In this document: positions 61,912-64,000 of the stretch, piece by piece
How the letters are laid out: every line of letters starts with the position of its first letter
Numbering within the stretch: the stretch's first letter is position 1
Source: Polyangiaceae bacterium
GTDB lineage: Bacteria; Myxococcota_A; Polyangia; Polyangiales; Polyangiaceae
DNA length: 64,000 bases
Reading direction: 5' to 3'
NCBI GenBank assembly: GCA_965222375.1
Contig: CBDCTZ010000012.1
Coordinates: 64,001-128,000 of the forward strand
Program-made: the position numbers and the translations under genes
The notes under the pieces: model-generated
The model's database searches: none
Told to the model about the DNA's origin: nothing
The model's input: the letters and a program-made list of their open reading frames with translations, nothing else

Positions 61912-63012
61912 ATGCTTTCTGTTCGAGGGGCTCTCGTCGCCACGCTCTTCAGCGGCGCAGTGGCCGCCCAAGGCTATCCCCAGCCGCCTCCGCCGGGGTA
62001 CGGCCAGCAGCCCCCGCCGGGATATGGTCAACGGCCGCCTGGATACGGGCAGCCACCACCGCGTGGCTATGGGCAGCAGCCACGCCCGGGCTACGGGCAG
62101 CCACCTCCGGGAGGCTACCGTTTGAGCCGAGCGGCACAGCGCTCCAAGAAGCGAACCGACCTCGAGATCGGCTTCCTGTACACCACAGCTGTCGCCTACG
62201 GCGTCGGCATGGGCGTTTGGTTTTCGGCGGAGGTCGGGATTGAAGACCCGGGTGTGTTCTTGATTCCGCCTGCGCTGCTCGGCGTGGCCGCACCGGTTGG
62301 GGTGTGGTTTCTCGATGACCCGGAAATGGATCGCGGAATGCCTGCGTCGATCGCCGCCGGAATGGCCATCGGGGCGGGCGAGGGGATCGGCATCGCGAGC
62401 TACCAATTCGTGACCGCAGACGAGGAGGACGCCTGGGGATTCAAGGGTCTCGCGCGGAGCACCGCGTTGGGGGCCACCCTAGGAGGCGTGGGGGGCTACG
62501 CCGTTGGCTACTATTTGGAACCTTCGCCCAAGAGCACCATGCTGACGACGAGTGCGGTGATGTGGGGGGCTACCATAGGCAGCATGTACGGCTACGGTGC
62601 CAGCGAGGCGGGTGTCGGCTATGGAATCGCGAACGACGACGCGTCCCTGGGAGGCCTCATCGGCTACAACATCGGCCTCGCGGCCGGTGCTGCTACGGGC
62701 GCCCTTTACATCCCCACCTGGGAGCAATTGGGGTGGATGTGGGGTGGGGCCGGGGTCGGTGCCGCCGTGAGCCTGCCCGTGTTCCTATTCTATGCAGGCG
62801 ATGACGGTCCGCCAGCCAAGCGAGGCTTCCTCTTCATGGGCACCGCGACGGCCCTCGGCATCGCTGCCGGAGCCGTGTTCGGTTCTGGCTACCAGGACGA
62901 GTACGAAATCGGCGAATCGGACGACAGTCCGCTGTTCGCTCAAATCACCGCCATCGGCCCGATGGCGCACCCGGGCGCCATCGGCGTCGAAATCGGCGGG
63001 CTACTCTTCTAG
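61912..63012 (+). CDS. Hypothetical membrane/secreted protein with PPGYGQ repeats
   Basis: Signal peptide, Pro-rich repeats, Gly-rich hydrophobic segments, C-terminal Phe. Confidence 0.72.
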   Translation: MLSVRGALVATLFSGAVAAQGYPQPPPPGYGQQPPPGYGQRPPGYGQPPPRGYGQQPRPGYGQPPPGGYRLSRAAQRSKKRTDLEIGFLYTTAVAYGVGMGVWFSAEVGIEDPGVFLIPPALLGVAAPVGVWFLDDPEMDRGMPASIAAGMAIGAGEGIGIASYQFVTADEEDAWGFKGLARSTALGATLGGVGGYAVGYYLEPSPKSTMLTTSAVMWGATIGSMYGYGASEAGVGYGIANDDASLGGLIGYNIGLAAGAATGALYIPTWEQLGWMWGGAGVGAAVSLPVFLFYAGDDGPPAKRGFLFMGTATALGIAAGAVFGSGYQDEYEIGESDDSPLFAQITAIGPMAHPGAIGVEIGGLLF

Positions 63013-63234
63013 CTGCTTGGTGGCGGCCGCGAGTTCTTCCATCTCCTCTTCAGGGATGGGCTGCGGTCCGGGCACGATGTGAGCAATGTCAGGGTCGACG
63101 TCACTCGCGACAGCCTCCGGGCTGTCGTCCTTCTCGACCTTTCGCTGCTCGCGTTTCTGAGCTTTTTCGCGCTTCTTTTCTCGCTTGGCGCGTTCCCTCT
63201 GTCGTTTCGAAAAAGTGGTTCCGCTAGATCGCAA
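63001..63234 (-). CDS. Small basic protein (KRQRE...DPDIAHIVPGPQP type)
   Basis: GGAGG RBS before TTG 63234; Lys/Arg-rich helix followed by an acidic tail. Confidence 0.7.
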   Translation of the reverse strand: MRSSGTTFSKRQRERAKREKKREKAQKREQRKVEKDDSPEAVASDVDPDIAHIVPGPQPIPEEEMEELAAATKQLEE

Positions 63235-63447
63235 TGAGACCTCCGATGCGTAAGACGATCCGGCCCGGGGGCTCACCAAGCCGGCAGTTTTTCCGCGCTG
63301 ACGAGCGCGGGTTGGACGCGGTGGAACCTAGCAGGCTGGCCAGGGACTTTCGAGAAAATTCATGGTTTTTGCCGGAATTTGAGGCGGAATACGGGGCTGC
63401 TTCAGCTTGTCGTCCGCCGGCCACCCCATGCTAGTGTCCCCGCGACG

Positions 63448-64000
63448 ATGGCCACCCTCCGGTACTTCCCGCCCGACGGTCAGCCGGTATTGCTGCCTAT
63501 CGCGAAGCCCGTGATCACCATCGGGCGCGATCTGGGCAACGACGTTCATATTCCCGACCACAGCGTCGGTGATCACCACGCGCAGATCGTATTTAACGGA
63601 CGAGATTTCCAGCTTGAGGAGTTGGACAAAAGTGCGGAAATCCTCATCAACGGAAAGAAGAAGCGCCGCGCCCGTCTGGTCAACGGAGATCGGCTCCAGT
63701 TTGGCAAGGCCCAGCTCGGCTTCAGCATGATGAGCGAGCTGCCCGTCGCGGCAGAAGCCGAAGCGGCGGATGAGGGGCCGGCGAATGTGCTGGCCAGTCT
63801 GCGGCGCCTGCATGCTTTCAGCGAGCGCTTGATGACGAGTTCCAGTGTCGACGAGCTACTGGAAATGTTGCTCGACGACCTGATTGACGTGACGGGTGCG
63901 GCGCGAGGCGTCGTTCTGCTCGTGGACCTCGGCGAGCAACAGAGTACGCCACGAGTCAGAGTCAGCCGCAACGTCAAGCGCGAGACCATCGAGGATCCAT
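63448..64000 (+). CDS. FHA + GAF domain protein, probably a sigma54-dependent regulator; 3'-truncated
   Basis: Manual translation MATLRYF...ITIGRDLGNDV...HHAQI...NG....L.NGDRLQFG, then a GAF-like start (VTGAARG); open to the window end. Confidence 0.8.
   Translation, partial: MATLRYFPPDGQPVLLPIAKPVITIGRDLGNDVHIPDHSVGDHHAQIVFNGRDFQLEELDKSAEILINGKKKRRARLVNGDRLQFGKAQLGFSMMSELPVAAEAEAADEGPANVLASLRRLHAFSERLMTSSSVDELLEMLLDDLIDVTGAARGVVLLVDLGEQQSTPRVRVSRNVKRETIEDP

Overview
GC-rich bacterial window. Gene style (Ser/Thr kinases, kinase/FHA-sigma54 fusions, Gly-linker and Cys-repeat lipoproteins) suggests a myxobacterium, probably Polyangia; this is inference, not a computed classification. The centrepiece is a compact anaerobic aromatic-degradation cluster (21.9-36.2 kb): FNR-like regulator, had-oah-dch, TetR, bcrCBAD (class I benzoyl-CoA reductase), a GNAT, hcrCAB (4-hydroxybenzoyl-CoA reductase) and a MocA-like gene, with an FNR box and a palindromic operator in its promoter. 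A repeat-rich locus follows (36.2-39.7 kb): an IS4/IS50-like element, two four-helix-bundle genes, simple-repeat tracts and a duplicated three-way-junction element with compensatory base changes. At 43.3-50.0 kb an IS91 remnant precedes a giant kinase-ATPase-TPR-GAF-sigma54 activator facing a -24/-12 promoter and two lipoproteins, one with two Bowman-Birk-like inhibitor loops. The rest is housekeeping or accessory (selB, RND pump, aqpZ, kbl/tdh, lepB, gpsA, lipoproteins). No rRNA, tRNA or CRISPR array was seen. All calls are by eye from motifs; no searches were run.
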